From Candidatus Angelobacter sp. (GTDB lineage Bacteria; Acidobacteriota; Terriglobia; Terriglobales; Acidobacteriaceae), in assembly GCA_035695325.1 (NCBI GenBank), contig DASSEH010000011.1:29706-93705 (forward strand): a stretch of DNA of 64,000 bases. Direction: 5' to 3'. A model generated the notes under the pieces. That model saw nothing but the letters and a program-made list of their open reading frames with translations. It did no database searches and was not told where the DNA came from. Made by a program: the position numbers and the translations under genes. Positions 45,098 to 54,196 of the stretch are shown piece by piece (within the stretch, counting starts at the first letter, position 1; each line of letters begins with the position of its first letter).

Positions 45098-45127
45098 AGA
45101 GATTCCTCCGCCTATGGCGTTCGGAAT

Positions 45128-46918
45128 TTATGAAAAGCTCGCAGGATTCTCCCACAGCGGCAGCTCAATGTGGAACGTCGTGCCTTCATTCTTTTTACTG
45201 CTGACGCTGATGGCCCCGTGATGGTCGCTGATGACCGATTGTGCAATGGCCAGTCCCAGTCCGGTGCCGTGCTGCTTGGTAGTGTAGTACGGCGTAAAGA
45301 GCCGTTCGCATTCTTCCGGCGTGAGTCCGGCGCCGGTATCGGAAAGTTCAAATACAGCGCTCTTCTCCGTGGCTCGGGTGCGGAAGGTGAGTTTTCCGCC
45401 CTGGGGCATGGCGTCAATGGCGTTGAGCACCAGGTTTTCAATCACGCGGCGGATCAGCACAGGGTCGGCGGCCACGGGCGGCACATTCTCAAGCCGGAGT
45501 TCGGAGCGGACAGGCACAGGCTCGCGCGAGAACTGCCCCTGAAAGAGCTGCACCACGCCGCTGACAATCGAGTTCAGGTCGGCGGACTGTAGTTCGGGGG
45601 CGGGCATTTTGGAGAAATCACTGAAGCGTCCGATGATCGTCTTGAGGTTGGCGATCTCGGCCAGCAGGGTTGAGGTGCTCTCGCGAAAAACTTCGTCAAA
45701 CTCCTGCGGACCAATTTGGCGGGCGCGCAGCAGATTTTCCACCGTGATCTGCAGGGGAAATAACGGATTCTTCAGCTCATGGGCCAGGCGGCGCGCCAGT
45801 TCGCGCCAGGCGGCCACGCGCTCGCTCTGCACCAGGCGTTCGCGCTGTGCGGTGAGTTCCTGCGTCATGTGATTGAAGGCCGAGGCCAGCTTGCCAATCT
45901 CACCGGAAGCAGAGGCGTCCACGTGCACGTCCCAGTTTCCCTGGCCAATACGCTCGGTGGCAGCGGCCAGGTCCTGAACGGGTTGGGAGATGCGCCCGGC
46001 CACAAAGGCGCTCACGATGATTCCCAAAATCACGCTCACCGAGGCAATCAACAGGCTTATATCGCGGATGCGATGTTCCAGCGCGACTTCCTGCTCCAAA
46101 GAGTTGCCCACCAGCAGCACCGCGGGAACCTGCCCGGCATAACCGGGCAAAGCAATAGCATGGACAATCTCCTGCCTGGGCTGGCTGCCTCCCCATGTAA
46201 CGGTAGATGAGGTATCGCTGTGCTGGCTGAGGACTTTCTGCACCAGCGGCATCAGCGGGGCGGTATCGAAAGAATCTTTAGAGTCTTTTTCCGCGCCCAG
46301 CATCTCGCCCGCGCCATTCCCCGGAGAGCTGTAGATAGAAGCCCGCAGCCCTGAAGGAGTGGAAAGTGCGGGAAGCACGGCGTCCAGCTTTCTTCCCCCC
46401 ACCAGATAGTAACTGTTGCCGTGTCCCTGAATGGTCCGCACGCACAGCATGGCCAGCGTGCTTCCCTCGGAGGTTTCAATGTGCTGCAGAAACGGCTGCT
46501 GCGGAATGGGCGCAGACTGATCGAGAAACCAGCGCTGCTTGTATCCAAATCGCGCGGGCCAGTGCGCGGAAGAAATAATGGTTCCGTCGGGAGCAAGCAG
46601 ATCGAGAAAATCGAGTCGCTGCGCCGTGGCATATCCAGCGGATTCACTCACATAAGTCGCGGGATCGGCGCCGTTCGCCAGCTCCAGCACCGTGCGCAGC
46701 ATATTCTCAGACGCGGCAACGGCATCCACGCCACGTGTGATCTCTTCGCCTTCATGGTCGAACTCATGCCGGAACTGTGATACCAGCGCGTTCGTCCGCT
46801 CTTCTTCGGTTTGACGAAAAGATTCATGGGTGCGCGCCTCAATCAGCCAGGTGACAGCGCCCACACTTACGGCAATGCTCAGCGATACCAGCAGCAGCAA
46901 TCGTGTGCGAAGCAGCAT
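45128..46918 (-). CDS. Sensor histidine kinase (periplasmic sensor, HAMP, HisKA, HATPase_c)
   Basis: Two TM segments, a HAMP domain (ISQPVQDLAAATERIGQGNWDV...), H-box LAHELKNPL, N-box LVLNAIDAM, and G-boxes DTGAGL and GTGLGLAI. ATG 46918 lies 2 nt after the SBP stop; the listed start is 46984. Confidence 0.88.
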   Translation of the reverse strand: MLLRTRLLLLVSLSIAVSVGAVTWLIEARTHESFRQTEEERTNALVSQFRHEFDHEGEEITRGVDAVAASENMLRTVLELANGADPATYVSESAGYATAQRLDFLDLLAPDGTIISSAHWPARFGYKQRWFLDQSAPIPQQPFLQHIETSEGSTLAMLCVRTIQGHGNSYYLVGGRKLDAVLPALSTPSGLRASIYSSPGNGAGEMLGAEKDSKDSFDTAPLMPLVQKVLSQHSDTSSTVTWGGSQPRQEIVHAIALPGYAGQVPAVLLVGNSLEQEVALEHRIRDISLLIASVSVILGIIVSAFVAGRISQPVQDLAAATERIGQGNWDVHVDASASGEIGKLASAFNHMTQELTAQRERLVQSERVAAWRELARRLAHELKNPLFPLQITVENLLRARQIGPQEFDEVFRESTSTLLAEIANLKTIIGRFSDFSKMPAPELQSADLNSIVSGVVQLFQGQFSREPVPVRSELRLENVPPVAADPVLIRRVIENLVLNAIDAMPQGGKLTFRTRATEKSAVFELSDTGAGLTPEECERLFTPYYTTKQHGTGLGLAIAQSVISDHHGAISVSSKKNEGTTFHIELPLWENPASFS

Positions 46919-46920
46919 GG

Positions 46921-48342
46921 TTACCGGCTCCCTTCCACCCAAAGCTGGTCCAGCCGCCACTCGCCATTCGGGAGCTGCTGCCATTCATGGACGTTGCTGT
47001 TGAGCCACAACGCCTGGGGCAAACGAACCACCGGAATCAGACGATAATCGGCCAATGCGCTGCGTTCTATTTCCACCAGTTCTTCCGGATGCGATGCCTT
47101 TACTATAGCGGACACTGTATCGGCGGGCAGAGCCAGCTCGTCCGCCAGTTCGGCGAGTGCCGCCGTGGCGTCAAGTGAACCGAGAGTCAGGCGAAGAAGA
47201 ATGGCATCGGCATTGAGCGCCGCCTGGCCCGATTTGCTGTTACTGTGAAGGTCACCGAACGTCTGTACCAGGATTCCGGCTTCACGGGCGTCCACGGCAA
47301 CGCGCTCGGCCACCATCTTCATCACCGGATCGGAAGAGTCGTAGGCCAGGCTCAGCGGCTGTGCAGTGCCTGCATCGGCACGAAGACGGCGCGCGCGCTC
47401 GATATCCTGGCTGGCAGGGAAGAGAAACTCCCAGCCGGTGAGCCACTGCGGCAGCAGCCCGCCTGCCGGTGCGCCCTTGCGCTGCAGCAAAACATTATTA
47501 ATGGTGGCGCGATTGATGGCGCTGCTCAACGCTTCGCGCAGGCGCGGATCCACAGCCCTGCGCGGCTTCGCGCCAGGATCGAGGAAGCACACCAGCAGCA
47601 GATCTGCTGGCCGCGAGAGAAGCACGGTCTGTCCGGCTTGCTCCAATGGACGAAGCTGGTCGAGGCCCACCTCTGTTGCGTGGTCAAGAGTCAAATTCCT
47701 TTCCAGTAGGTGCTCGCGCAGCGAGAGCCCCATGCGAAAGTCGATGCTGTCTGGAAAAGGCCGTCCGCCCCAGTAGTCGTCGTTGGCGGCCAGCAGCACA
47801 TGCTCCCCAGTCTGCCACTCGGCCAGAGTGTAAGGGCCAGTGCCCAGAATCACACCATCGGGCAGCCGCTTGATGATCGCGTAACGCGGCAGTGCCAGCA
47901 GCTCCGGCAAATGCGGTTCGGGTCCAGGCGTTTCAATGGTAAAAGTCTGCTGACTGTTGGCGGTGATTTTCCAGTCTGGACTTACACTGCGCAGGCTCGC
48001 GGCCACGCTTGCGGAGTTGATCTCAGAATGGTCGTGAAAGCTGGCCTGTCGCAGAGTGAAGACCCAAACTCGATTGCCTGCCTCAGCCTGCCAGGCGCTG
48101 GCGAGTTTGGCGCGGGCGTGGCCCTCGGAATCGATTTGCGTGAGCGTCTCAAACATCAGGCCGGCAATGCGGTCACGCGTGGCCGGATCATCGCTTTCAA
48201 CAAGTGGATCGAGCGAAGTGACTTTGTGGCGCAGAAGGATGCGCATGCTCCCGCCATAGCGCGGACGCGACTCGGCCAGGCACGCGGATGATGCGGCCAG
48301 AAGGTTAGTGATTACAGCTAACAGTAAGAGCGTACGCCTCAT
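46921..48342 (-). CDS. Family-5 (peptide/nickel-type) periplasmic substrate-binding protein, with no cognate ABC permease or ATPase nearby
   Basis: Signal peptide MRRTLLLLAVITNLLAASSACLA, then RPRYGGSMRILL...SLDPL...LASAWQAEAGNRVWVFTLRQASFHD, typical of SBP_bac_5. Confidence 0.78.
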   Translation of the reverse strand: MRRTLLLLAVITNLLAASSACLAESRPRYGGSMRILLRHKVTSLDPLVESDDPATRDRIAGLMFETLTQIDSEGHARAKLASAWQAEAGNRVWVFTLRQASFHDHSEINSASVAASLRSVSPDWKITANSQQTFTIETPGPEPHLPELLALPRYAIIKRLPDGVILGTGPYTLAEWQTGEHVLLAANDDYWGGRPFPDSIDFRMGLSLREHLLERNLTLDHATEVGLDQLRPLEQAGQTVLLSRPADLLLVCFLDPGAKPRRAVDPRLREALSSAINRATINNVLLQRKGAPAGGLLPQWLTGWEFLFPASQDIERARRLRADAGTAQPLSLAYDSSDPVMKMVAERVAVDAREAGILVQTFGDLHSNSKSGQAALNADAILLRLTLGSLDATAALAELADELALPADTVSAIVKASHPEELVEIERSALADYRLIPVVRLPQALWLNSNVHEWQQLPNGEWRLDQLWVEGSR

Positions 48343-49516
48343 ATTTTCCCGTTGCGGACTCCACCACCGCATTCGCCGCCTGGTTCTCGTCGCCAGCCGG
48401 CCACAAAGCGCGGACTGCGCCAGCGATCTCCAGCGGCATGCTCACCGGCATGGCGCTGCCATTCACAATTTCCACTCCCTGAATCGAATCCGAATGCGCA
48501 CTGGAAGATGAACTCACCAGTATCTGCCATCCAGAACCGCAACCAGAGTGGACGGCCACCACATCGCTGCCCCAGTCGGTCTGGAGCACAGGCTCAGAAG
48601 TGAGACTGCCCTGATAAAGTCGCGCCTTGCCATCGGTCCCGGCGAACAGCCACTGCCGCTTGTCTCCATTTTGCCAGGCAGCAGCGGAAAAAAATGGCGG
48701 CACGGATGCCCCGGCATTTTGTCCGGCGAGCACTCCGGTGAAGAAGTTGCGCGAGGAACTGAAGAAGGCAAACTGATTGCGGTCCACCTGCCAGGGATCG
48801 TCGCTGCGGCGGCACTGCATCTGCGGCGGAGAGATCGTCCCCGTGCACAGTGTTCCAGGCAAAAATGCGGTGAGCTGTCGTGCCGTGCCCTGCAGCCTTC
48901 CGCGCAGATCGCGCGGCCAGGAATGATCGTGCGCCAGCGGCAGAGCACTCATGAACTTCCAGCGGCCAGAATCATTCTGGTAGATCGAAACTTGCTCGGG
49001 TTCGAGCACCAGCAGAGTCTGATCATCACGAATCAAATCGAGGATGGGAGCAGCCTGGTTCAAAATAAGGGTCTTTTGCAGGGTAACTGCCGCAGTGTGG
49101 ATAGAGGCGCTTCTTTGCGGGCGCGCAATCTTTTTGATCAGCACACGGCTGGCGTTGCTCTGGCTGGCTTGTTTGGAAGTCGCGATCCAGATCAGTCCCT
49201 GCCAGTCTTCGGAAAACGTGATCTGCAGTTCCGCCGCGGCATCGGCTTTCACCACATGGAGGCCAGCGCTGCGAAAGCGGGCCAAAATCGCTTCTCTGGC
49301 TGCGTTCTGATCGCTTGAGGAAAGCGAAGAGAGATTATCGAAGCTGACCATCACCGTTTCCGGCAAGCCATTGTGCGAAACAATCTCCTGCGCAAACGCG
49401 CCCGCCGCATCCACAAGGGGTGATGGCAGCGGCTGTTGCGCATGGCTCGTCGCAAGCGCGATCAACAGCAGAAACGCGGCTAAACGCAGATGGGACCTGA
49501 TCGTGAGGTGCGGCAT
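48305..49516 (-). CDS. Hypothetical secreted protein (about 403 aa)
   Basis: ATG 49516 gives the signal peptide MPHLTIRSHLRLAAFLLLIALATSHA. The listed 49699 start would translate a family C repeat. I recognised no motif. It is the first gene of the SBP-kinase-regulator operon. Confidence 0.6.
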   Translation of the reverse strand: MPHLTIRSHLRLAAFLLLIALATSHAQQPLPSPLVDAAGAFAQEIVSHNGLPETVMVSFDNLSSLSSSDQNAAREAILARFRSAGLHVVKADAAAELQITFSEDWQGLIWIATSKQASQSNASRVLIKKIARPQRSASIHTAAVTLQKTLILNQAAPILDLIRDDQTLLVLEPEQVSIYQNDSGRWKFMSALPLAHDHSWPRDLRGRLQGTARQLTAFLPGTLCTGTISPPQMQCRRSDDPWQVDRNQFAFFSSSRNFFTGVLAGQNAGASVPPFFSAAAWQNGDKRQWLFAGTDGKARLYQGSLTSEPVLQTDWGSDVVAVHSGCGSGWQILVSSSSSAHSDSIQGVEIVNGSAMPVSMPLEIAGAVRALWPAGDENQAANAVVESATGKYEAYALTVSCNH

Positions 49517-49588
49517 GGGTGGGAAGGGCGAAGTATAGCACGGCGTTCGACGCCAGTGCTGGCGCTGGCAGAAAACAGAGCTGGGCCC

Positions 49589-49620
49589 GTTCACCACAGA
49601 GGACACAGAGGAGCACAGAG
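49589..49620. repeat. Family C repeat (CTCWGTGYTCCTCWGTG...), inverted copy
   Basis: Its reverse complement ctctgtgctcctctgtgtcctctgtggtgaac matches the 49730 copy at 27 of 32 positions. Confidence 0.65.
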
Positions 49621-49729
49621 AAAAGATGTCCATAAAATTCTGTGCGCTGTCGTGGAATTTTTGCGCTCTGCCGTGATCTATTCGTAGCTTTACTCTCAAT
49701 TATTCCTGCCTTTTGTGCCTGGGGTTTAT

Positions 49730-49761
49730 CTCAGTGTTCCTCAGTGGCCTCTGTGGTAAAT
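49730..49761. repeat. Family C repeat, direct copy
   Basis: ctcagtgttcctcagtggcctctgtggtaaat. It forms an inverted pair with 49589-49620, about 110 bp apart. Confidence 0.65.
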
Positions 49762-49845
49762 GGTTGGCTGGCGTTCCGCTGAAACGGGCGGCTATCCCGG
49801 CGGAGACGGCGCACCCGTTTGGATTTTCAGCGGAAAATCAATTAC

Positions 49846-50229
49846 TTACGCGCGGCCGCACTGTAGTGCGATCCACTTGCGGCTGCCGTTCATGAAAACA
49901 AAAGGCACGCACCCGAGGTCTGGCCCACTCTGATTGCCGGCGAATCCTCCACGGAACCACCACAGTTCCTGAAGAAGTTCTCCTGGCAGCCAGACCTCTG
50001 GTGTCGCCTTTGCCGCAGTTGTCCAGTGCAGTTGCCCGAGAACACCCATGGCGCGCCCCTCTCGCGCCGGATGAGTGTCCAGTTCCGGCTGGTATGCCGA
50101 AGAAGCCATGCCGGGCAAACGGCGGCGCCACTGGACGACATCGAAAAAACATTCATCACTGAGGAACACAAGAGAGAACTCAGATTCAGAGGCAATTCCA
50201 GTCGGCTTTTGTTCTTCGTCTCGTTCCAT
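49846..50229 (-). CDS. Hypothetical protein (127 aa), weakly supported
   Basis: It is the longest and least Arg-biased of three overlapping minus-strand ORFs and lies between two family C repeats. I saw no motif and no clear RBS. Confidence 0.3.
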   Translation of the reverse strand: MERDEEQKPTGIASESEFSLVFLSDECFFDVVQWRRRLPGMASSAYQPELDTHPAREGRAMGVLGQLHWTTAAKATPEVWLPGELLQELWWFRGGFAGNQSGPDLGCVPFVFMNGSRKWIALQCGRA

Positions 50230-50261
50230 CTCAGTGTTCCTCTGTGTACTCCGTGCTTTCA
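50230..50261. repeat. Family C repeat, direct copy
   Basis: ctcagtgttcctctgtgtactccgtgctttca fills the 35-bp gap between the L,D-transpeptidase stop and the next ORF. Confidence 0.65.
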
Positions 50262-50264
50262 GAT

Positions 50265-51020
50265 TTATCTCTCGACGGTGCTGGTCACCGCCGCCGCTGA
50301 AGCTATCTCCGTTTCGCTGTTGGTGGTTGCTGGATCTGAGTTAAAGAGCTGGGCAGTGAGTTCATCGCGCTGGCCGTGGACGGTGACCACATCGCCCACG
50401 CGCACCATAGTGAAGAGCTCTTCGATATCGTTCTTCTTCAGGCGAAAGCAGCCATGCGACGCCGCTCTGCCCACCGAACTCTGAACATTGGTGCCGTGAA
50501 TGCCGTACCCCTTGAGGCTGAGTCCCATCCAGCGCGTGCCTACCGGATTGTTCTTTCCCGGCAATACCGTCTGGCCTTTGTGCCGCCATGTGGGATTCAT
50601 GGAGCGGTTGATGATGGAGAATTCGCCTTCGGGGCTGGGTGTTCCCGGCTTGCCCACCGCGATGGGATAAACCTTCACCACCACGCCATCTTCCAGCATG
50701 GCCAATTGCCGGTCAGGAATGCTGATTACGATCTGGCGCACGTGATCATCGACGTTGTTCTGTGCCTGATCTGTTCCGGGCGTCTTCTCGGATAGCTGGC
50801 GTTCGGCCGATACTTCGTCATTCTCTGTTGCCAAATGATTAGTGGATGGATTTTGAAGAGTGAGCTTTGCATCTCTGCCGTTAGCCGCAGGGGTGAAGGC
50901 CGGGCGCTGAATGCTGAGTGCATGTTTTACATCTGCCAGCACACTGGCGCTGGTCAGAGCGATTGTGGCCAGCAGCGCTGTTATAAAAAGTTTTTTTGAG
51001 ATTGCAACTTGCCGCCGCAT
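50265..51020 (-). CDS. L,D-transpeptidase (YkuD domain), secreted
   Basis: Signal peptide, then YGIHGTNVQSSVGRAASHGCFRLKKNDIEELF, the canonical HG...SHGC-[FI]-R active site. Confidence 0.88.
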   Translation of the reverse strand: MRRQVAISKKLFITALLATIALTSASVLADVKHALSIQRPAFTPAANGRDAKLTLQNPSTNHLATENDEVSAERQLSEKTPGTDQAQNNVDDHVRQIVISIPDRQLAMLEDGVVVKVYPIAVGKPGTPSPEGEFSIINRSMNPTWRHKGQTVLPGKNNPVGTRWMGLSLKGYGIHGTNVQSSVGRAASHGCFRLKKNDIEELFTMVRVGDVVTVHGQRDELTAQLFNSDPATTNSETEIASAAAVTSTVER

Positions 51021-51055
51021 GTTGTTTTTCTCCTTTCGTCCTCGCCCGGGAATAG

Positions 51056-51072
51056 AGCAGGAGTGCGGCCAA
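51056..51072 (-). promoter_or_regulatory. Sigma-54-like -24/-12 element upstream of the L,D-transpeptidase gene
   Basis: Minus strand reads TTGGCCGCACTCCTGCT. GG and GC have the consensus spacing (TGGC-N9-TGCT), but 4 other consensus positions mismatch. It lies about 35-50 nt upstream of the ATG. Confidence 0.25.
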
Positions 51073-51451
51073 AGGGTAATGCGCTGATTTATCAGGTGTT
51101 TAGCTCAGAAGGAAATAACTGAGTGTGTGGCCAGACAAGAACACTGTGGAAGCCCAGACACGCAATGGCAGCTTCTCGGCATTCCAAAATTGTTCTGTAG
51201 TGTTTGCTGGCGTGGATTTGCAGAGGTTACCGAAAATTCTTTCTTAGTCCCGTCGTAACCTCTATTGCATTTTCATTCCAGTGTCTCTGCTCACCTGATT
51301 TTTAGCGGCCCAGGCCAACCCCGCGATGCACTCAACATCAAAACTCAGGAAGCTCCAAGCTTGCGCCACTTGGAAATGAACCGTGTTTTGGATCTGTTGC
51401 CTGTACAGCAGGCGCAGGTTCAAGCACACAAAATCCGAAGGAGAAATCACG

Positions 51452-51940
51452 ATGAGAAAATTGTTTTGCCAGGTTACATTGCTTCTGCTGAGCGCCGGAA
51501 TGGCGCTGGCGCAGGCGGCGAGCCCGCAGAATTCAACGACTCCAACCACTCCGCCGACGATGCCGGAGCAGCAAAAACCGGCCAATGATTCTGGAAAAAA
51601 TCAGGATCAAAACTCTGGAAAAAGCCAGGAGCAAAATCCCAGCACGGCTGCTCCCAGCCAGCAGTCGAATCTTCCTCAGAGTGATGTGAACTCTACCACC
51701 GAGCTGCAGAGCAAGATTCAGACCGCCATTCAGCAGGACCCGAGTCTCTCGAGTTCCAACATCAACGTCAACGTGACTGACCGCGCCGTAGAGCTGCGGG
51801 GAACCGTGGCTACCGATACGGCCAAACAGAGCGCCGAGCAGATCGCCAAAGCCAATGCGGGCGATCGCAAGGTAAAAAACCACCTGAAAGTAAGCACTAC
51901 AGGCCCGACAGACAATACTTCGACGCCAAAACCCAACTAA
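51452..51940 (+). CDS. BON-domain protein, secreted
   Basis: ATG 51452 follows AAGGAG. It has a signal peptide, a low-complexity Q/S/N/P region, and a BON-like end NINVNVTDRAVELRGTVATDTAKQSAEQIAKANAGDRKVKNHLKV. Confidence 0.8.
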   Translation: MRKLFCQVTLLLLSAGMALAQAASPQNSTTPTTPPTMPEQQKPANDSGKNQDQNSGKSQEQNPSTAAPSQQSNLPQSDVNSTTELQSKIQTAIQQDPSLSSSNINVNVTDRAVELRGTVATDTAKQSAEQIAKANAGDRKVKNHLKVSTTGPTDNTSTPKPN

Positions 51941-51957
51941 GACCCCTCTCCTCTCAG

Positions 51958-51986
51958 GAAGGCGGCTTTCGGGCCGCCTTTTTTTG
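51958..51986 (+). terminator. Intrinsic terminator after the BON gene
   Basis: AAGGCGGC-tttcg-GGCCGCCTT followed by TTTTT. Confidence 0.7.
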
Positions 51987-52066
51987 CTGGCCTGCACTTT
52001 TCTTCCGCAGCGATTCCAGAACAGTTTAAGATTACGGGTTTTCAAAAAGCTTATTGGGAGAAACTC

Positions 52067-53929
52067 GTGAAGAACCATTTCGTTTTTATATTTCTGCTGC
52101 TGACCGCTTTGGCCGGAGCACAGAGCGTTCATGAGAGCCTGCGCGTGGACGCCAGCGATGCACCGCGCAATATTCTGCATGCATCGGTGACGGTCCCGGT
52201 TTCTCCTGGACCGGCAACCCTGGTCTATCCCAAGTGGATACCCGGCAATCACCGTCCCACAGGCCCCATCAACAATGTGACGGGCATTCATGTTCGCGCC
52301 GGTGGACGTGAACTGGACTGGCAGCGCGATACCGTGGACATGTATGCCCTGCACCTGCAGATACCGGCCGGCGTAAACGAAGTGGAGATCGCATTCGATA
52401 CCGTCACTTATTACGGCTCCAGGTCACTGGCTTCGAGCAAAGTGATCGACCTGCTGTGGAACCAGGTGGTGTTTTATCCGCAAAACGTCTTTTCCGACGC
52501 GGTGCAGGTAACGGCCTCTATTCATCTGCCCGAAGGATGGAAGTATGGCACGGCGCTCACGCCCGCCAGTGGCGCGGCGACGGATGGCTGGGTCCGGTTC
52601 CAGGAAGTCTCGCTGACCACGCTGGTGGATTCTCCCCTGATTGCCGGCGCAATCTATCGCCAGATTCAGCTTACGCCTCCGGGGGAAACGCCGGTGCATG
52701 TCATCGACATGGTGGGGGAAAGCGAAGCCTCTTTGGCAATCTCGGACAAGGACATTGCCAGCTACAAACAACTGGTGGCCGAAGCCGGCAAGCTTTTTGG
52801 GGCCCGCCATTACGCGAAATATCACTTTCTGTACACGCTCAGCGACCAGACTGTGCATCACGGACTGGAACACCATGAATCCAGCGACAATGGCTCCGCG
52901 GAAGATACCTTCAGTGACGACAACTGGCACAATCTCGAAGCCGACCTTTTGCCGCACGAGTTTACTCATTCCTGGAATGGGAAATACCGGCGCCCAATTG
53001 GACTGGTAACGCCGGATTATCAGGTACCCATGAAGGGCGATTTGCTCTGGGTGTACGAAGGGCTTACGGATTATTTCGGCAATATTCTGGCGGCGCGGGT
53101 TGGGCTGCGCTCTCCCGAGCAGTTCCGCGAAAATGCTGCATACATCGCGGCCATGCTGGACCATCGCACCGGACGCACCTGGCGGCCACTGCAGGACACC
53201 GCTACATCAGTACAACTGGTGTTTGGCGGGCAATCGGAATGGGGCAACTGGCGCCGCTCCGCCGATTACTATCCGGAGGGATTTTTGATCTGGCTCGAAG
53301 TGGACACCATTATTCGCCGCCAGACCCATCAGCAAAAATCGCTGAACGACTTCTGCCATGCATTCTTCGGCGGACAAGGCGGCGCGCCGGTCGTTGTGCC
53401 GTACAAATTTGAAGATGTGGTGGCGACGCTGAATCAGATTGCTCCTTACGATTGGGCCGGATTGCTGCGCGAGCGTCTGGATTCAAAATCTCCTCACGCG
53501 CCGCTGGGCGGGATCGAAAATGGAGGCTGGAAGCTGGTATACACCTCAGAAAAAAATGCCACCATGAACGCGGCGGAAAAGGCCGGAGACGGCCTGGATC
53601 TTAGTTTTTCTTTGGGAATCATTGTTGCCAAAGACGGCACGCTCCGAGAAGTAATCGACGGTTCGCCGGCATATTCCGCCGGTCTGGGACCCGGAATGAA
53701 ACTGATAGCCGTAAATGGGCGCAAGTGGTCGAAGGACGTTATGCGCGCGGCTCTGCGGGCTTCTGTCGGCAGCCAGCAAATGCTTTCTTTACTTGCGGAA
53801 AACGCCGAATATATCAGCGCGTATCAGGTGGATTACCACGGCGGCGAGCAGTATCCACACCTCGTTCGCAATGCCGCGCAGCCTGATCTTCTTGGGGAAA
53901 TCATTCAGCCTATGGCTGCTAGTCGATAA
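52067..53929 (+). CDS. M61-family metallopeptidase with a C-terminal PDZ domain, secreted
   Basis: Signal peptide, HEFTHSWNGKYRRP zinc site, EGLTDYF, and a PDZ-like GLGPGMKLIAVNGRKW. Confidence 0.85.
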   Translation: MKNHFVFIFLLLTALAGAQSVHESLRVDASDAPRNILHASVTVPVSPGPATLVYPKWIPGNHRPTGPINNVTGIHVRAGGRELDWQRDTVDMYALHLQIPAGVNEVEIAFDTVTYYGSRSLASSKVIDLLWNQVVFYPQNVFSDAVQVTASIHLPEGWKYGTALTPASGAATDGWVRFQEVSLTTLVDSPLIAGAIYRQIQLTPPGETPVHVIDMVGESEASLAISDKDIASYKQLVAEAGKLFGARHYAKYHFLYTLSDQTVHHGLEHHESSDNGSAEDTFSDDNWHNLEADLLPHEFTHSWNGKYRRPIGLVTPDYQVPMKGDLLWVYEGLTDYFGNILAARVGLRSPEQFRENAAYIAAMLDHRTGRTWRPLQDTATSVQLVFGGQSEWGNWRRSADYYPEGFLIWLEVDTIIRRQTHQQKSLNDFCHAFFGGQGGAPVVVPYKFEDVVATLNQIAPYDWAGLLRERLDSKSPHAPLGGIENGGWKLVYTSEKNATMNAAEKAGDGLDLSFSLGIIVAKDGTLREVIDGSPAYSAGLGPGMKLIAVNGRKWSKDVMRAALRASVGSQQMLSLLAENAEYISAYQVDYHGGEQYPHLVRNAAQPDLLGEIIQPMAASR

Positions 53930-54196
53930 TCGAATGGTTTGTATGGAATTACGGAGATTATTTTCCCTTTTTGGGCAAACTTTTCTTATATAGTATTCAT
54001 CCAACGGGGCAACGAGGTGCCCTTTTGGGGGAACAAGTTTGATGGTTAACGCTACAAAAGAAAACAATACACTGTCCCGCGAAGAACAGAACAGTGAAGC
54101 TAAACAGGATTCGACCGGGAAGATCCGGCGTTATCTTGAGCTGGCGGATAAGCTGCTGAATCAGCAGCTTACGAGAACCGACAACTCCAACGCCGC

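Noticed and set aside
49517-49699. 61-codon N-terminal extension of the secreted protein ORF (listed start 49699)
   Set aside because: It translates a family C repeat (…SLCSSVSSVVN…). The internal ATG 49516 yields a proper signal peptide.
49838-50195. Alternative minus-strand ORFs (104 and 101 aa) overlapping ORF 49846..50229
   Set aside because: Their translations are Arg/Ser/Cys-rich and look off-frame. Only the 127-aa frame was kept, and that only at low confidence.
51262-51588. Paired 107-aa ORFs on both strands in the gap upstream of the BON gene
   Set aside because: These are mirror-image ORFs spanning a promoter region, with implausible composition and no RBS. The real BON gene start at 51452 lies inside them.
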